From a virus: DNA of 64,000 nt. Shown piece by piece: positions 1 to 10,112 of the stretch. A program made the position numbers and the translations under genes. The stretch spans positions 32,001 to 96,000 of IMG/VR virus record IMGVR_UViG_3300035698_017437; one strand, given 5' to 3'. The notes below the pieces were generated by a model that was given only the letters and a program-made list of their open reading frames with translations, made no database searches and was not told where the DNA came from. The number at the start of each line of letters is the position of its first letter. The first letter of the stretch is position 1.

Positions 1-1
1 T

Positions 2-1216
2 TCTGATTTTCTTGATAAATGTTATGAAGTTTATAGAGATAATTCTGTAACCCCTAAAGAAATAGAAGATATATCAAGAAGTTTAGGAGTCAGAAAGCCA
101 GATTATGGTCCTTTTCTGAAACCTTTTAGAGTAGGCAGAGGAGAATATAAATTTAGATCCTCTTTTTCCTTCTCTAAAAACCCAACATTACGATTTTTAT
201 CAAATAAATGTACAGTCCAAGAGCCTGTTTCTTTACCTGTTGAAAAGAAAGCAGTCTCTCCTAATGAAGTTGAACCAGAAAGAATTCTTGATTATAATCA
301 AACAGGAGTTGCCATCACTTCTGCTATTCGTCAAGGAGATAATATTATCCCCGAAAAAGATAATATGTTTGTTCCTTATGGTATTTTCGGAGATTTGAAT
401 AAAATTATCAAATCAAGACAATTTCTTCCAGTATATGTTTCAGGTGAAACTGGTATTGGTAAAACTTTAGCAACTATTCAATCATGTGCTAGAAACAAGA
501 GGGAATTGATTCGTTTGAATATCACCGTAGATACTGATGAAGCTGATCTCATGGGATCTTTCCAATTAGTTGATGGAAATACTGTATTTGTAAAAGGTCC
601 AGTTGTTGAGGCGATGGAGAGAGGAGCGATTCTTCTCCTTGATGAATTGAGTGTGGCTCATCCTTCTAGAATCATGGCAATTCAGGGAGTTATTGAAGGA
701 AAATCTACATTTCTCAAAAAAGCTGGCGTTACTATTACTCCAAAAGAAGGATTCAATATTATCGCAACAGATAACTCCCTAGGTAGAGGATCATCCGATG
801 GTCGTTATATTGGATTGAATGTATTGAATGAAGCTTTTCTTGATCGTTTTATTATCACATTGATTCATGGATATCCTTCAATCAAGAAAGAAACAGAGAT
901 TTTGAATAATTTTGCTAAAACTATTCCCAATCATAAAGTTGATACAGAATTCATTGATCATCTTTGCTCTTGGGGTTCTATTATTCGTAAAACCTATAAT
1001 GAGGGAGCTATTGAGGATGTAATCTCAACTCGCCGCCTTGTGAGTATTTATAATGTGTTCTCAATATTTGATAATAAAGTGAAATCCATCAAAATGAGTA
1101 TTAGTAGATTTGATGAAATTGTAACCAAATCCTTTATCAATCTCTACTCTAAAATTGATGAGGGTGTAGATTTTTCAGAATATATTGAAAACGAGGAGAA
1201 TAATGATGAAAACTAA
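2..1216 (+). CDS. cobS: AAA+ ATPase, MoxR/CbbQ/CobS-like (5'-partial)
   Basis: Walker A GETGIGKT, Walker B LLLDE, NEAFLDRF, STRRL. Frame is open from position 2, so the true start lies upstream of the window. Confidence 0.8.
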   Translation, partial: SDFLDKCYEVYRDNSVTPKEIEDISRSLGVRKPDYGPFLKPFRVGRGEYKFRSSFSFSKNPTLRFLSNKCTVQEPVSLPVEKKAVSPNEVEPERILDYNQTGVAITSAIRQGDNIIPEKDNMFVPYGIFGDLNKIIKSRQFLPVYVSGETGIGKTLATIQSCARNKRELIRLNITVDTDEADLMGSFQLVDGNTVFVKGPVVEAMERGAILLLDELSVAHPSRIMAIQGVIEGKSTFLKKAGVTITPKEGFNIIATDNSLGRGSSDGRYIGLNVLNEAFLDRFIITLIHGYPSIKKETEILNNFAKTIPNHKVDTEFIDHLCSWGSIIRKTYNEGAIEDVISTRRLVSIYNVFSIFDNKVKSIKMSISRFDEIVTKSFINLYSKIDEGVDFSEYIENEENNDEN

Positions 1217-1497
1217 AATTACTTGTGAGTATTATTGTAGTGGTAATTATTGGAGAAGCTTAGAATCAAAAGGTGTAAAACCCACAGGTCGTTGGGGTAT
1301 GATAGACGATCTTATAACTTTTGAAATTGAAAGTACTAGCTTTTTTGGATTGATCAAAAGTAAAAAATGGCTGGCTGATACCGAAGTCCGATTTTTAGAT
1401 ATGTTCCTTTTTGATTCAAAGAAACATCTTGACAAATGATTGAAATTGTTGTATAATAACTGAAGGAAACAATATAAATTTAACAGAGAGAATTATT

Positions 1498-2181
1498 ATG
1501 GAAAATGTGGTATTATCTGAATCTACTATCAAAATTTTGAACAATTTTGCTTCAATCAATCCTTCTATTTTTATTCGGCCAGGGAATAAACTTATCACTG
1601 TAGCTGAAAATAAAGTGATTGTAGGACAAGCAGAAGTAAAGGAAACATTCCCTGTAGATTGTCCTATCTATGATCTATCAGAATTCCTCAACACAGTAGA
1701 CTTGTTCAATGAACCTGTTCTGGATTTCTCTACATCTGATATGGTCTATATTAGAGAGGCTAAAAGTAAAAAATCTGTAGCTTATCGGTTTGCTGATCCA
1801 AGTATTATTACTACAGTAAATAAAGAAATTACAATTCCTCAAACTAATGTAAATTTCATTCTGGATAAAGATGAATTTGTCCGTATGAATAAAACTGCTA
1901 GAGTTCTTCAACTTGATAATATGGTTATCACCGCTGCCAATGGTGGTCTTGCTGTAACTGTAGAATCTGTTGGTAATCCTACTGGAAATAATTATACTGT
2001 AACCATTGATACTGAAGATGTTCCGGAGGATGATTTTTCTCTTGTATTTCGTATGGAAAATATGAAAATGTTGGATATGGAATATGATATTGGTATTCAT
2101 AAAAATATTATTGCTCATTTCAATAATCCTGTAGTCCAGTATTATGTTGCTCTTGATTCTATTTCTGAGTATGGAGAATAA
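1498..2181 (+). CDS. gp45: DNA polymerase sliding clamp
   Basis: LSESTIKILNNFASINPSI N-terminus, IYDLSEFL and YYVALD; gp45-44-62-regA synteny. Confidence 0.93.
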   Translation: MENVVLSESTIKILNNFASINPSIFIRPGNKLITVAENKVIVGQAEVKETFPVDCPIYDLSEFLNTVDLFNEPVLDFSTSDMVYIREAKSKKSVAYRFADPSIITTVNKEITIPQTNVNFILDKDEFVRMNKTARVLQLDNMVITAANGGLAVTVESVGNPTGNNYTVTIDTEDVPEDDFSLVFRMENMKMLDMEYDIGIHKNIIAHFNNPVVQYYVALDSISEYGE

Positions 2182-2183
2182 AA

Positions 2184-3104
2184 ATGAGTGAACATTTCCT
2201 TTGGATAGAAAAATATAGACCGACAAAGGTAGGAGATTGTATTCTATCTAAAAAAATGAAAGATGAACTCCAAGCTCAAGTTGACTCAGGAGATATCCAG
2301 AATATGCTCTTTCATGGCCCAGCAGGTACAGGAAAAACCTCAATTTCTAAGGCCATAGCAAAAGAGATTGATGCTGATTGTATCGTTATAAACTGTTCTG
2401 ATGAACGTGGTATCGATCTTCTCCGAGTGAAAATCAAACAGTTTGCCTCTACCATGAGTCTTGGAGGTAATAAAAAACTTGTTATCCTTGATGAGTTTGA
2501 GAATACTACAAAAGATCTTCAACTTGGTATGAGGAATTTTCTTGAGGAATATTCTAAAACCACTAGATTTATTGCTACTTGTAATTATCCTTCAAAGATC
2601 ATTCCGGCTCTCCATTCCAGGTTTGCTTCATATGATTTCAATGTTCCATCTGCTGAGAAAATGACTTTAGCAAAAGAGTTTTTTGATCGGGTAGAGGGAA
2701 TTCTTATTGAAAATGGAATTGAGTATAATAAACCTGTTCTTGGTGAGTTTATTGCCTCAACATTTCCAGACTTTCGGAAATGTTTGAATGAGCTTCAGAA
2801 ATATAGTCTCAATGGAAATATAGATGAAGGTATATTTGCTAGAGTAAAATATAAATATGAAGATTATATTGAGGCTTTGAAGAAAAAAGATTTCAAGAAA
2901 TCCCGAATATTTATTGGAGAGAATGATCTTGGTGAGGGTTTCTTCACAGGATTATATGGAAAATTATTGAAGGAATTGGATCCTGGTAAGATACCTCAAA
3001 TGATTCTGATTATAGCGGAGCACCAATATAAGTCAACCTCTGTAGCTGATCCTGAGTTGAATTTAGCATCCATGACAATTTCCCTTATGGCTGAGTGTTT
3101 TTAG
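2184..3104 (+). CDS. gp44: Clamp loader large subunit
   Basis: LWIEKYRP, GPAGTGKT, ILDE, ALHSRF. Confidence 0.95.
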   Translation: MSEHFLWIEKYRPTKVGDCILSKKMKDELQAQVDSGDIQNMLFHGPAGTGKTSISKAIAKEIDADCIVINCSDERGIDLLRVKIKQFASTMSLGGNKKLVILDEFENTTKDLQLGMRNFLEEYSKTTRFIATCNYPSKIIPALHSRFASYDFNVPSAEKMTLAKEFFDRVEGILIENGIEYNKPVLGEFIASTFPDFRKCLNELQKYSLNGNIDEGIFARVKYKYEDYIEALKKKDFKKSRIFIGENDLGEGFFTGLYGKLLKELDPGKIPQMILIIAEHQYKSTSVADPELNLASMTISLMAECF

Positions 3105-3113
3105 GAGATTATT

Positions 3114-3497
3114 TTGAAAAAGGAAATAGGAACATTTGATTATATTACCGATATTTGTCAGAAGAATTTGAATATCACTGATTTTAGTAAATATTCAAAA
3201 TTTCTTGTTTTGAGGGGGTTGAGTAATTATTATGATACAGTATTATTGGCAAATGAAATGAATTTATATCCCAATATTCCAGGTGAATATCAATTCCATT
3301 TCTTGAAAAGTTTGATAACAAAAAAGAAGAGATGGAGTAAATGGTCAAAGAAGAAAAAGGTTGACAATATAGAAATAGTGAAACAATCATATAAAGTGAG
3401 TGACGATAAGGCTATAGGTATCCTTGAATTACTTAGTCCAGATCAATTAGATCAACTAACATATAACATGAGACATGGTGGAAGAGGTAAGAAATGA
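3114..3497 (+). CDS. gp62: Clamp loader small subunit
   Basis: DTVLLANEMN, KKKRWSKW; position after gp44. Confidence 0.9.
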   Translation: MKKEIGTFDYITDICQKNLNITDFSKYSKFLVLRGLSNYYDTVLLANEMNLYPNIPGEYQFHFLKSLITKKKRWSKWSKKKKVDNIEIVKQSYKVSDDKAIGILELLSPDQLDQLTYNMRHGGRGKK

Positions 3498-3919
3498 AAG
3501 AAAAAATGAAAGTATCAGAATGGTATGAAAATTTCGCTCTTGAGGTAGAGCTTGAGGAAGGAAACTTTCTCAAAATCAAAGAAACCCTAACAAGAATTGG
3601 AATAACATCAAAAAAAGATAAATCTATTTTTCAATCTTGTCATATTCTTCAGAAAAAGGGAAAATTTTATATTGTACATTTTCTTGAATTATTCGCTCTT
3701 GATGGAAAAGAAACGTCTATATCAAAAGATGATATTATAAGACGAGATTCTATTATTATTCTTCTTCAAAAATGGGGATTATTGAAAGTTATTGATGAAC
3801 CAAAACTTTCTGAAAAGTCTGTATTTGTTAGAGTGATTCATTTCAATGATAAAGAAAATTGGAATTTAGTTCCAAAGTATTCTATTGGATCTGATAATAA
3901 ACCAAGAGGAGAGAAATAA
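3494..3919 (+). CDS. regA: Translational repressor RegA
   Basis: FLKIKETLTRIGI, QSCHILQKKGKFYIVHFLELFALDG, WNLVPKY. Confidence 0.95.
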   Translation: MKEKMKVSEWYENFALEVELEEGNFLKIKETLTRIGITSKKDKSIFQSCHILQKKGKFYIVHFLELFALDGKETSISKDDIIRRDSIIILLQKWGLLKVIDEPKLSEKSVFVRVIHFNDKENWNLVPKYSIGSDNKPRGEK

Positions 3920-4446
3920 TGAAATTGAAATGTTATAAAATAAATGAAGAAGCAAAACTTCCAACATATGGATCAACATATGCCGCTTGTTTTGATATTT
4001 CTGTTTGTTTACCTAAAGGTGGAATGCCAGTATTAGTTGATAAAAATAGAACAGCTTTAGTGAATGGTGAGGATTCTTCTAGATATATTGTTATTCATCC
4101 TGGAGAGGTTGCTCTAGTTCCTACAGGACTTATATTTGATATTCCAGAAGGATACCAAATGAAGATTTTACCTAGGTCAGGTCTAGCATGGAAAAATAGT
4201 ATTACAGTTTTGAATAGTCCAGGTACAATTGACGAAGATTATTATAATGAAACTTTCGTTCTTTTATATAATTCTTCAAGAAATTTACCTTTCAGAATTC
4301 AACATGGAGATAGAATTGCTCAAGGCGAAATAATGAAATGTAATATGATACAGTTTGAAGAGATATCTGAATTGGAATTGGGTATATCTAAAGAACTTCT
4401 AGAATCCTCTAGAGATGGTGGATTAGGTTCCACTGGAATGAAATAA
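3919..4446 (+). CDS. dut: Trimeric dUTPase
   Basis: Five motifs: AACFD, PRSGL, GTIDEDY, DRIAQ, RDGGLGSTG. Confidence 0.93.
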   Translation: MKLKCYKINEEAKLPTYGSTYAACFDISVCLPKGGMPVLVDKNRTALVNGEDSSRYIVIHPGEVALVPTGLIFDIPEGYQMKILPRSGLAWKNSITVLNSPGTIDEDYYNETFVLLYNSSRNLPFRIQHGDRIAQGEIMKCNMIQFEEISELELGISKELLESSRDGGLGSTGMK

Positions 4447-4467
4447 TAAAAAAGTAAAGGAGAATTT

Positions 4468-4758
4468 ATGAAAATTGGTGAAATGTTAGAATGTATTATT
4501 GAAGGACTGAAATGCGCTAGATCCGGTTGGAACGGTAAAAATCAATTCGTTGTTTATATGTCTGCTCTAAATCTACCACCTTTCAATACCCAAGATACAA
4601 ATAGGAAGGTTAATGATAGGACTGCCAAGTGGATTGGAGAAGATAAACCCTTAAATTCTCAACCATATATTGCTTTATATAATACTCAGGGATTATGGCA
4701 ACCTGGTTGGGTTCCATCTATATCCGATCTCCTAGCTGAAGATTGGGAGGTTGTATAA
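4468..4758 (+). CDS. DUF2829-family protein (Tad2-like nucleotide-signal sponge)
   Basis: ARSGWNGKNQFV and WVPSISDLLAEDWEVV are the DUF2829 signature. Confidence 0.8.
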   Translation: MKIGEMLECIIEGLKCARSGWNGKNQFVVYMSALNLPPFNTQDTNRKVNDRTAKWIGEDKPLNSQPYIALYNTQGLWQPGWVPSISDLLAEDWEVV

Positions 4759-5114
4759 TGTTTAGAATGGAAGATATTGGAAGAATTTGCTATTTAGCAA
4801 ATAAGATGTATTGTGAATCTATAGGAGATAAATCCCAAACATCTTGGGCTTTGTGTGGACCAGAAATTCAAAAATCTGTTGTAAATGGTGTTAAATATAG
4901 ACTTGTAAATCCTCTTGCCACTCCAGAAGGAACTCATGAGAATTGGTACAAATACAAGAAAGATCATGGATGGGTATATGGAGAAGTGAAAGATGGTGAA
5001 AGGAAAACCCATCCTTGTATGTTACCATATGATGAATTGCCTATAGATCAAAAAATTAAAGATGATATTTATGTTTCTGTCTGCGATGCTATGATTCCAT
5101 TTCTTGAAAAATAA
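4758..5114 (+). CDS. Phage RyR-domain protein
   Basis: HENW..YK..HGWVYGEVKD...KTHPCMLPYDELPIDQKIKD; ATG at 4758 overlaps the upstream stop. Confidence 0.85.
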   Translation: MFRMEDIGRICYLANKMYCESIGDKSQTSWALCGPEIQKSVVNGVKYRLVNPLATPEGTHENWYKYKKDHGWVYGEVKDGERKTHPCMLPYDELPIDQKIKDDIYVSVCDAMIPFLEK

Positions 5115-5143
5115 GAGTTGATATTTTTCTTGAATTATGTTAT

Positions 5144-5181
5144 ATTGAAGGAAACAATATTATTTTATTGTTTCCTTCAAT
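5144..5181 (+). promoter_or_regulatory. Perfect 16-bp hairpin upstream of the gp43 RBS (candidate operator)
   Basis: ATTGAAGGAAACAATA (5144-5159) / TATTGTTTCCTTCAAT (5166-5181); AAGGAG RBS follows. Confidence 0.55.
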
Positions 5182-5200
5182 TCGTTTTTAAGGAGTATAT

Positions 5201-7801
5201 ATGTCCAATTTCACATTCGTGGGTAAAAGGGGGAATTCCTTCCTTGTCAGAGAAGTATCAAAGTCTTGTCGCAAAACTCATAAAATAAAAAGCTCAAATT
5301 TATCTCTATATTTGCCATCAAAAGAGGAATCTGAATATAAATCTTTTGATGGGAAAAGAAATCTGGAGAAGGTTGAGTTTGATTCTATTATAGATATGAG
5401 AGAGTTCATAGAGGATAATGGAGGAATTTCAAATTATCCTTTATATGGACAATCAAATCCGGTGGCTCAATGTATAGAAAATCGTTTCGGTAAACAAACA
5501 TTTGATATAAATGATTATCTTATATATGTTATTGATATTGAAACTGGTAGAGATCCAGAAAGGGGATATGCTCCTTCTATGGAACCTTTCAATGAAATAA
5601 CTCTAATCCAACTTCATAATAGCAAGACAAATACATATATTGTTTTTGGTACTGAACCTAATTTCACTCCAAATAAAATGGAAGGAAAGAATATTGTTTA
5701 TCGTTCTTGTGAAGATGAAAGAGAAATGTTGTTGAAATTTGTTCAATATTGGATGGGAGATTATCCGGATATCATTACAGGATGGAATATAGATTCATAT
5801 GATATGACCTATATATCTAATCGTTTGTTGGTCGTGTTTGGAGAAGAAAAAGGAACGAGTCTACGAAAGAATCTTAGTCCATTCAATAATGTTTGGATGA
5901 GAGAAGTGAAAAATTCATTTGGACAAAAAGAAGAGAAATGGACATGGACAGGAATAGTTTGTCTTGATTATCTGGCTCTATATAAAAAGTTTTCTCAAAA
6001 CAGTAGAGATTCATATAAGTTGGATAATATTGCCAATCTTGAATTGGGAACAAAGAAAATTGATTATTCTGAAGTTGAAAATCTTGAAGTTTTGAGATTG
6101 ACAAATTATCCCAAGTTTGTAGAATATGGTATCATTGATTTAGATCTTATTCTTGACTTACAGAAAAAATTGAAATTTCTCAATATTGCTATATCTCTTT
6201 CTTATAAAGCTGGTATCAATTTGGAAGATTCTATGGGAACAGTAGTTCTATGGGAAACAATGTTTCATAATAGATTATCAAGAGATAAAAAATTTATACC
6301 AATTGAACGACCCAAAAGACCTCATGTACCATATATTGGAGCATATGTACAAGATGTTGTCCCTGGTAGATATGATTGGATATTGAGTGTAGATCTTGCT
6401 TCATTGTATCCTCATTGTCAGATGCAATCCAATATCTCTCCTGATAAATTGATTGAAAATCCTCACCAAGAGTTATTGGATTTTCGGGATCAATTGAATA
6501 GTCAACCTATAAATGATCCTATTCATGGAAAAGTCTTAGGTTCTATAGATATGTTGTTACATAAAAAGATGGATACTTCTATATTACGCAAGTATCAGGT
6601 ATCTTTGACACCTAATGGACAATTCTATAAAAAAGATGATATTGGCTTTATTCCTAAAATTCTTAAGGAAGTTTATGCTGAAAGAAAAGCCATAAAGATA
6701 GAAATGATCAAAAAGAAACAAGAGTTGGAAGATACAACAGATCCTATTTCAAAACATAAATTGGATTTTGAAATATCTGCTCTTGATGCTGAACAGATGG
6801 CATTGAAAATTATGATTAATAGCGCATATGGAGCATTAGGAACAAAATATTTCAGATTTTATGATCCAAGAAATGCTGAAGCGATTACTTCATTGGGTAG
6901 AGTAGCAATCCAATGGGTGGCAAGGGATATCAATAATTATATAAAAAGTATTGTTCCTGATATTACTACCGATTCTGTTGTATATACAGATACAGATTCA
7001 AATCTCATTTGTCTTTCTCCTTTAGTGGAGAAATTCTTCAAGGGGAAATCAAATGCTTTCATTAGGGATGCTTTAGTTTCTTTTGGTAAAGAAAAACTTC
7101 AACCTATTATGGATGAAAGTTACAAGAAGTTAGCCATATATCTCAACTCTTATGAACAAGCAATGATCATGAAAATGGAAGTTGTTTCAGATAAAAATAT
7201 CTTCCTCTCCAAAAAGAGATATATAATGTCAAAGTTGTGGGATGAAGGAGTGACTTTCACTGAACCTAAAATGAAAATTATGGGTATAGATGCTATCAAA
7301 TCATCTACACCACCTCTTTGTAGGAAATATTTGACAGATATTATCAAAATCATTTTACATGGAGATGAGGAATCTGTCCAAGATTTTGTAAAAGATTTCA
7401 AAGAGAAATTTTATTCTGCTGATATTTCAGAAATATCATTCCCTAGGTCAGTAAATAACATGGAAAAATATGAAGATTCTATGTTGATATGTAAGAAAGG
7501 AACTCCTATTGCTGTTAGAGGAGCTCTTGTGTATAATCACTTCCTCAATAAACTGAATATCACAGAAATTGAAACAATTAAAAGTAGGGATAAAGTTAAG
7601 TTTATTTATTTGAAAATTCCTAATCATTATAAACATAATGTGATTTCATATGTAAATTCTATACCGAAAGAATTCCCTCATGTTCCTATTGATTATGATA
7701 TCCAATTTTATAAATCCTTTTTGAAACCTGTGGAGGGTATTCTAAATCCTATCGGATGGGAACATGAAAAGACAAATACATTAGAATCATTTTTCAGTTG
7801 A
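5201..7801 (+). CDS. gp43: Family B DNA polymerase
   Basis: Exo DIET, GWNIDSYD, SYKLD; polymerase DLASLYP, KIMINSAYG, YTDTDS; C-terminal clamp-binding TLESFF. Confidence 0.97.
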   Translation: MSNFTFVGKRGNSFLVREVSKSCRKTHKIKSSNLSLYLPSKEESEYKSFDGKRNLEKVEFDSIIDMREFIEDNGGISNYPLYGQSNPVAQCIENRFGKQTFDINDYLIYVIDIETGRDPERGYAPSMEPFNEITLIQLHNSKTNTYIVFGTEPNFTPNKMEGKNIVYRSCEDEREMLLKFVQYWMGDYPDIITGWNIDSYDMTYISNRLLVVFGEEKGTSLRKNLSPFNNVWMREVKNSFGQKEEKWTWTGIVCLDYLALYKKFSQNSRDSYKLDNIANLELGTKKIDYSEVENLEVLRLTNYPKFVEYGIIDLDLILDLQKKLKFLNIAISLSYKAGINLEDSMGTVVLWETMFHNRLSRDKKFIPIERPKRPHVPYIGAYVQDVVPGRYDWILSVDLASLYPHCQMQSNISPDKLIENPHQELLDFRDQLNSQPINDPIHGKVLGSIDMLLHKKMDTSILRKYQVSLTPNGQFYKKDDIGFIPKILKEVYAERKAIKIEMIKKKQELEDTTDPISKHKLDFEISALDAEQMALKIMINSAYGALGTKYFRFYDPRNAEAITSLGRVAIQWVARDINNYIKSIVPDITTDSVVYTDTDSNLICLSPLVEKFFKGKSNAFIRDALVSFGKEKLQPIMDESYKKLAIYLNSYEQAMIMKMEVVSDKNIFLSKKRYIMSKLWDEGVTFTEPKMKIMGIDAIKSSTPPLCRKYLTDIIKIILHGDEESVQDFVKDFKEKFYSADISEISFPRSVNNMEKYEDSMLICKKGTPIAVRGALVYNHFLNKLNITEIETIKSRDKVKFIYLKIPNHYKHNVISYVNSIPKEFPHVPIDYDIQFYKSFLKPVEGILNPIGWEHEKTNTLESFFS

Positions 7802-8157
7802 CAAGTGATATCTAATATGTTATAATGATTGAAATGATTCTAATATAAGGAGAATGAAATGCTAAAGGAAGATAGTTATCCTCAAGAGGGAAATTTGGTT
7901 ACAAGGGCAAGGACTAGAGTAGCTGATGAGATTATGGAAGAGTTGGATGATATGGCAGAATATTCAGATAATTTATCTGATATGGTAGGAGAGAGATTGT
8001 CGCCTATTAGTAGGCAAAATAATAATAAAGTTCTGGCTGAAAAAGATAAAGTATTACTAGAAGAATATCCTCCATTGTTTGATGAAATGAGAACTCTCAT
8101 GGTAAGGATCCAACTAAATCTTACCAGAATTGAAGCTTCTATGGGGAGATTAGAGAT

Positions 8158-9228
8158 ATGAGTAATTTTTTGAAAGGAATGTTGAAATCTACAGGAAATA
8201 TATATGGCGGAATAGCATCTGAAGGATTAGTTGCTGGAGATATCACAGGATATCTTGATACAGGATCGTATCGTCTAAATGCTCTTGTCTCTGGATCTGT
8301 GTTCAAAGGTTGGCCACGAGGTAAAATTAGTATCCTTGGAGCACCTTCAGGAACAGGAAAAACCTTTTTACTTTTATCAGCTATCAAAGAGTTTCTAAAT
8401 GCTGAACCTGATGGAGCTGTTATTCTTTTTGAATCTGAATCAGCTCTTACAAAAGATATGCTAGTTCAAAGAGAAATTGATATTGATAGAGTTTTGATTT
8501 TACCTATTGTAACTGTGGAGGATTTGAAATTTCAAGCAGTTTCTATTATAGATAGATATCAAGCAACTCCAGAAGATGAAAGAATTCCTATTCTCCTTGG
8601 TCTTGATTCAATAGGTATGTTATCAACAGAAAAGGAAATTGGTGATGCTTCTGATGGAAAGGCTACTTTAGATATGACCCGAGCAAAAATGCTCAAAGCA
8701 GTATTTCGTATCCTTACTTTGAAATTGGGTCTATGTGATATTCCTTTCTTAGCCACCAATCATACTTACCAGGAACTTTCCCTCTATCCTAAAACCATCC
8801 AAAGTGGAGGAACAGGATTAGTTTATGCTGGAAGTACAATAATGGCGTTTTCTAAGGCCCAAGAAAAAGAAGGAAAGGAAAAAGTTGGGGCGATAATCAC
8901 AGCAACTCTTCAGAAAGGTCGTCTAACAAAAGAAAACTCTAAAGGTAAATGTCTTATCAATTTTGAAAATGGTTTAGATCGTTATTTTGATTTGATTGAA
9001 CCAGCCGTGGAATCAGGAATTTGGCAGAAAGATGGTAAACGTTTTATAACTACTGTAAATGAGAAACCTGTTTGGGCAAAGACTATAGCTAAAGATCCTG
9101 AAACATATTTTACCAAAGAAGTATTAGAAGCTATTGATAAAGTTTTAGCGAGACAATACCTTTATGGAATAACTAAAACAGAAGATGAAAATTTTGATGA
9201 ATTAGATGGAGAAGAAATTGACCACTGA
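8158..9228 (+). CDS. uvsX: RecA-like recombinase UvsX
   Basis: GAPSGTGKT, DSIGMLST, DMTRAK, NHTY, SGG. Confidence 0.93.
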   Translation: MSNFLKGMLKSTGNIYGGIASEGLVAGDITGYLDTGSYRLNALVSGSVFKGWPRGKISILGAPSGTGKTFLLLSAIKEFLNAEPDGAVILFESESALTKDMLVQREIDIDRVLILPIVTVEDLKFQAVSIIDRYQATPEDERIPILLGLDSIGMLSTEKEIGDASDGKATLDMTRAKMLKAVFRILTLKLGLCDIPFLATNHTYQELSLYPKTIQSGGTGLVYAGSTIMAFSKAQEKEGKEKVGAIITATLQKGRLTKENSKGKCLINFENGLDRYFDLIEPAVESGIWQKDGKRFITTVNEKPVWAKTIAKDPETYFTKEVLEAIDKVLARQYLYGITKTEDENFDELDGEEIDH

Positions 9229-9874
9229 TAATGGAAGAATAGAAACTATTATCATAAATCAACTCATATTCAATCGGGAATATTTCTCCAAATGTGTACC
9301 TTTTATCTCAGAAGAGTATTTTGACCTCAGACCAGAAAAGATAATTGTCAAACATATTGAATCATATTTTCAGAAATATGATTCAAGGATTCCTGATCCT
9401 TCAGTTCTGAAAGTGATGTTAGAACAAGATACCACTATTGGAGAGAAAGAAATTGGAGAAATAAATGAATATGTTGATAATCATTGTTCCTCTACAGGAA
9501 AATATGATTATGACTGGTTATTGATAGAAAGTGAATCCTTTTGCCAAGAGAAAGCAGTTTATAATGGTATAGTTGATTCTATCAATATTATTGAAGGAAG
9601 AGACAAGAATAGGAATAAAGAGGGTATTCCTGAAATATTGAGCGATGCCCTTGGTGTTAATTTTGATGTGAATATTGGACATGATTATTTTGGTCATGCT
9701 AAAGAAAGATTTGAATCTTATAATAATGCTGAAGCCAAGTTTCCATGTGGTCTAGAAATGATTGATAAAATCACTCATGGCGGGTTTGAGGAGAAGACGA
9801 TAAATCTATTAATTGGGGGCCCTGGCTGTGTTTTTTTCAAGACTAAAATACATGTCAGGATCACTGGGAAATAA
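9206..9874 (+). CDS. gp41: Replicative helicase gp41 N-extein + 15-aa N-intein
   Basis: FCQEKAVYNGI, IGHDYF, KITHGG; breaks in Walker A at GGPG|CVFFKTKIHVRITGK* (Cys1 at 9827). Confidence 0.9.
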   Translation: MEKKLTTDNGRIETIIINQLIFNREYFSKCVPFISEEYFDLRPEKIIVKHIESYFQKYDSRIPDPSVLKVMLEQDTTIGEKEIGEINEYVDNHCSSTGKYDYDWLLIESESFCQEKAVYNGIVDSINIIEGRDKNRNKEGIPEILSDALGVNFDVNIGHDYFGHAKERFESYNNAEAKFPCGLEMIDKITHGGFEEKTINLLIGGPGCVFFKTKIHVRITGK

Positions 9875-10007
9875 TATTTAGTGTATTTCCCTTGTTATCC
9901 ATAATCCAGATGATATGATCATAGTCAAGATCAATACAAAAATTGTGTTTTGCTATGTTCATATCGTAATGTAGTTTTAAGGTCCATTCAGATTTTATTT
10001 CTATCAT
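9861..10007 (-). pseudogene. C-terminal remnant of a PD-(D/E)xK-type homing endonuclease
   Basis: Minus strand reads MIEIKSEWTLKLHYDMNIAKHNFCIDLDYDHIIWIMDNKGNTLNIISQ* inside the split-gp41 gap. Confidence 0.55.
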
Positions 10008-10112
10008 TATCCGGTAGATGAAGATTGTACTTTTGAAGAATTCAAGGAGAGGATGAGTATAATGGCAATTGATTTGATAAAATTTGTTGATAAAAAGCTA
10101 TAGAGATAATAT

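Noticed and set aside
9875-10112. Group I intron or simple frameshift interrupting gp41
   Set aside because: No intron core recognised; intein termini (Cys1, HN|S) explain the break.
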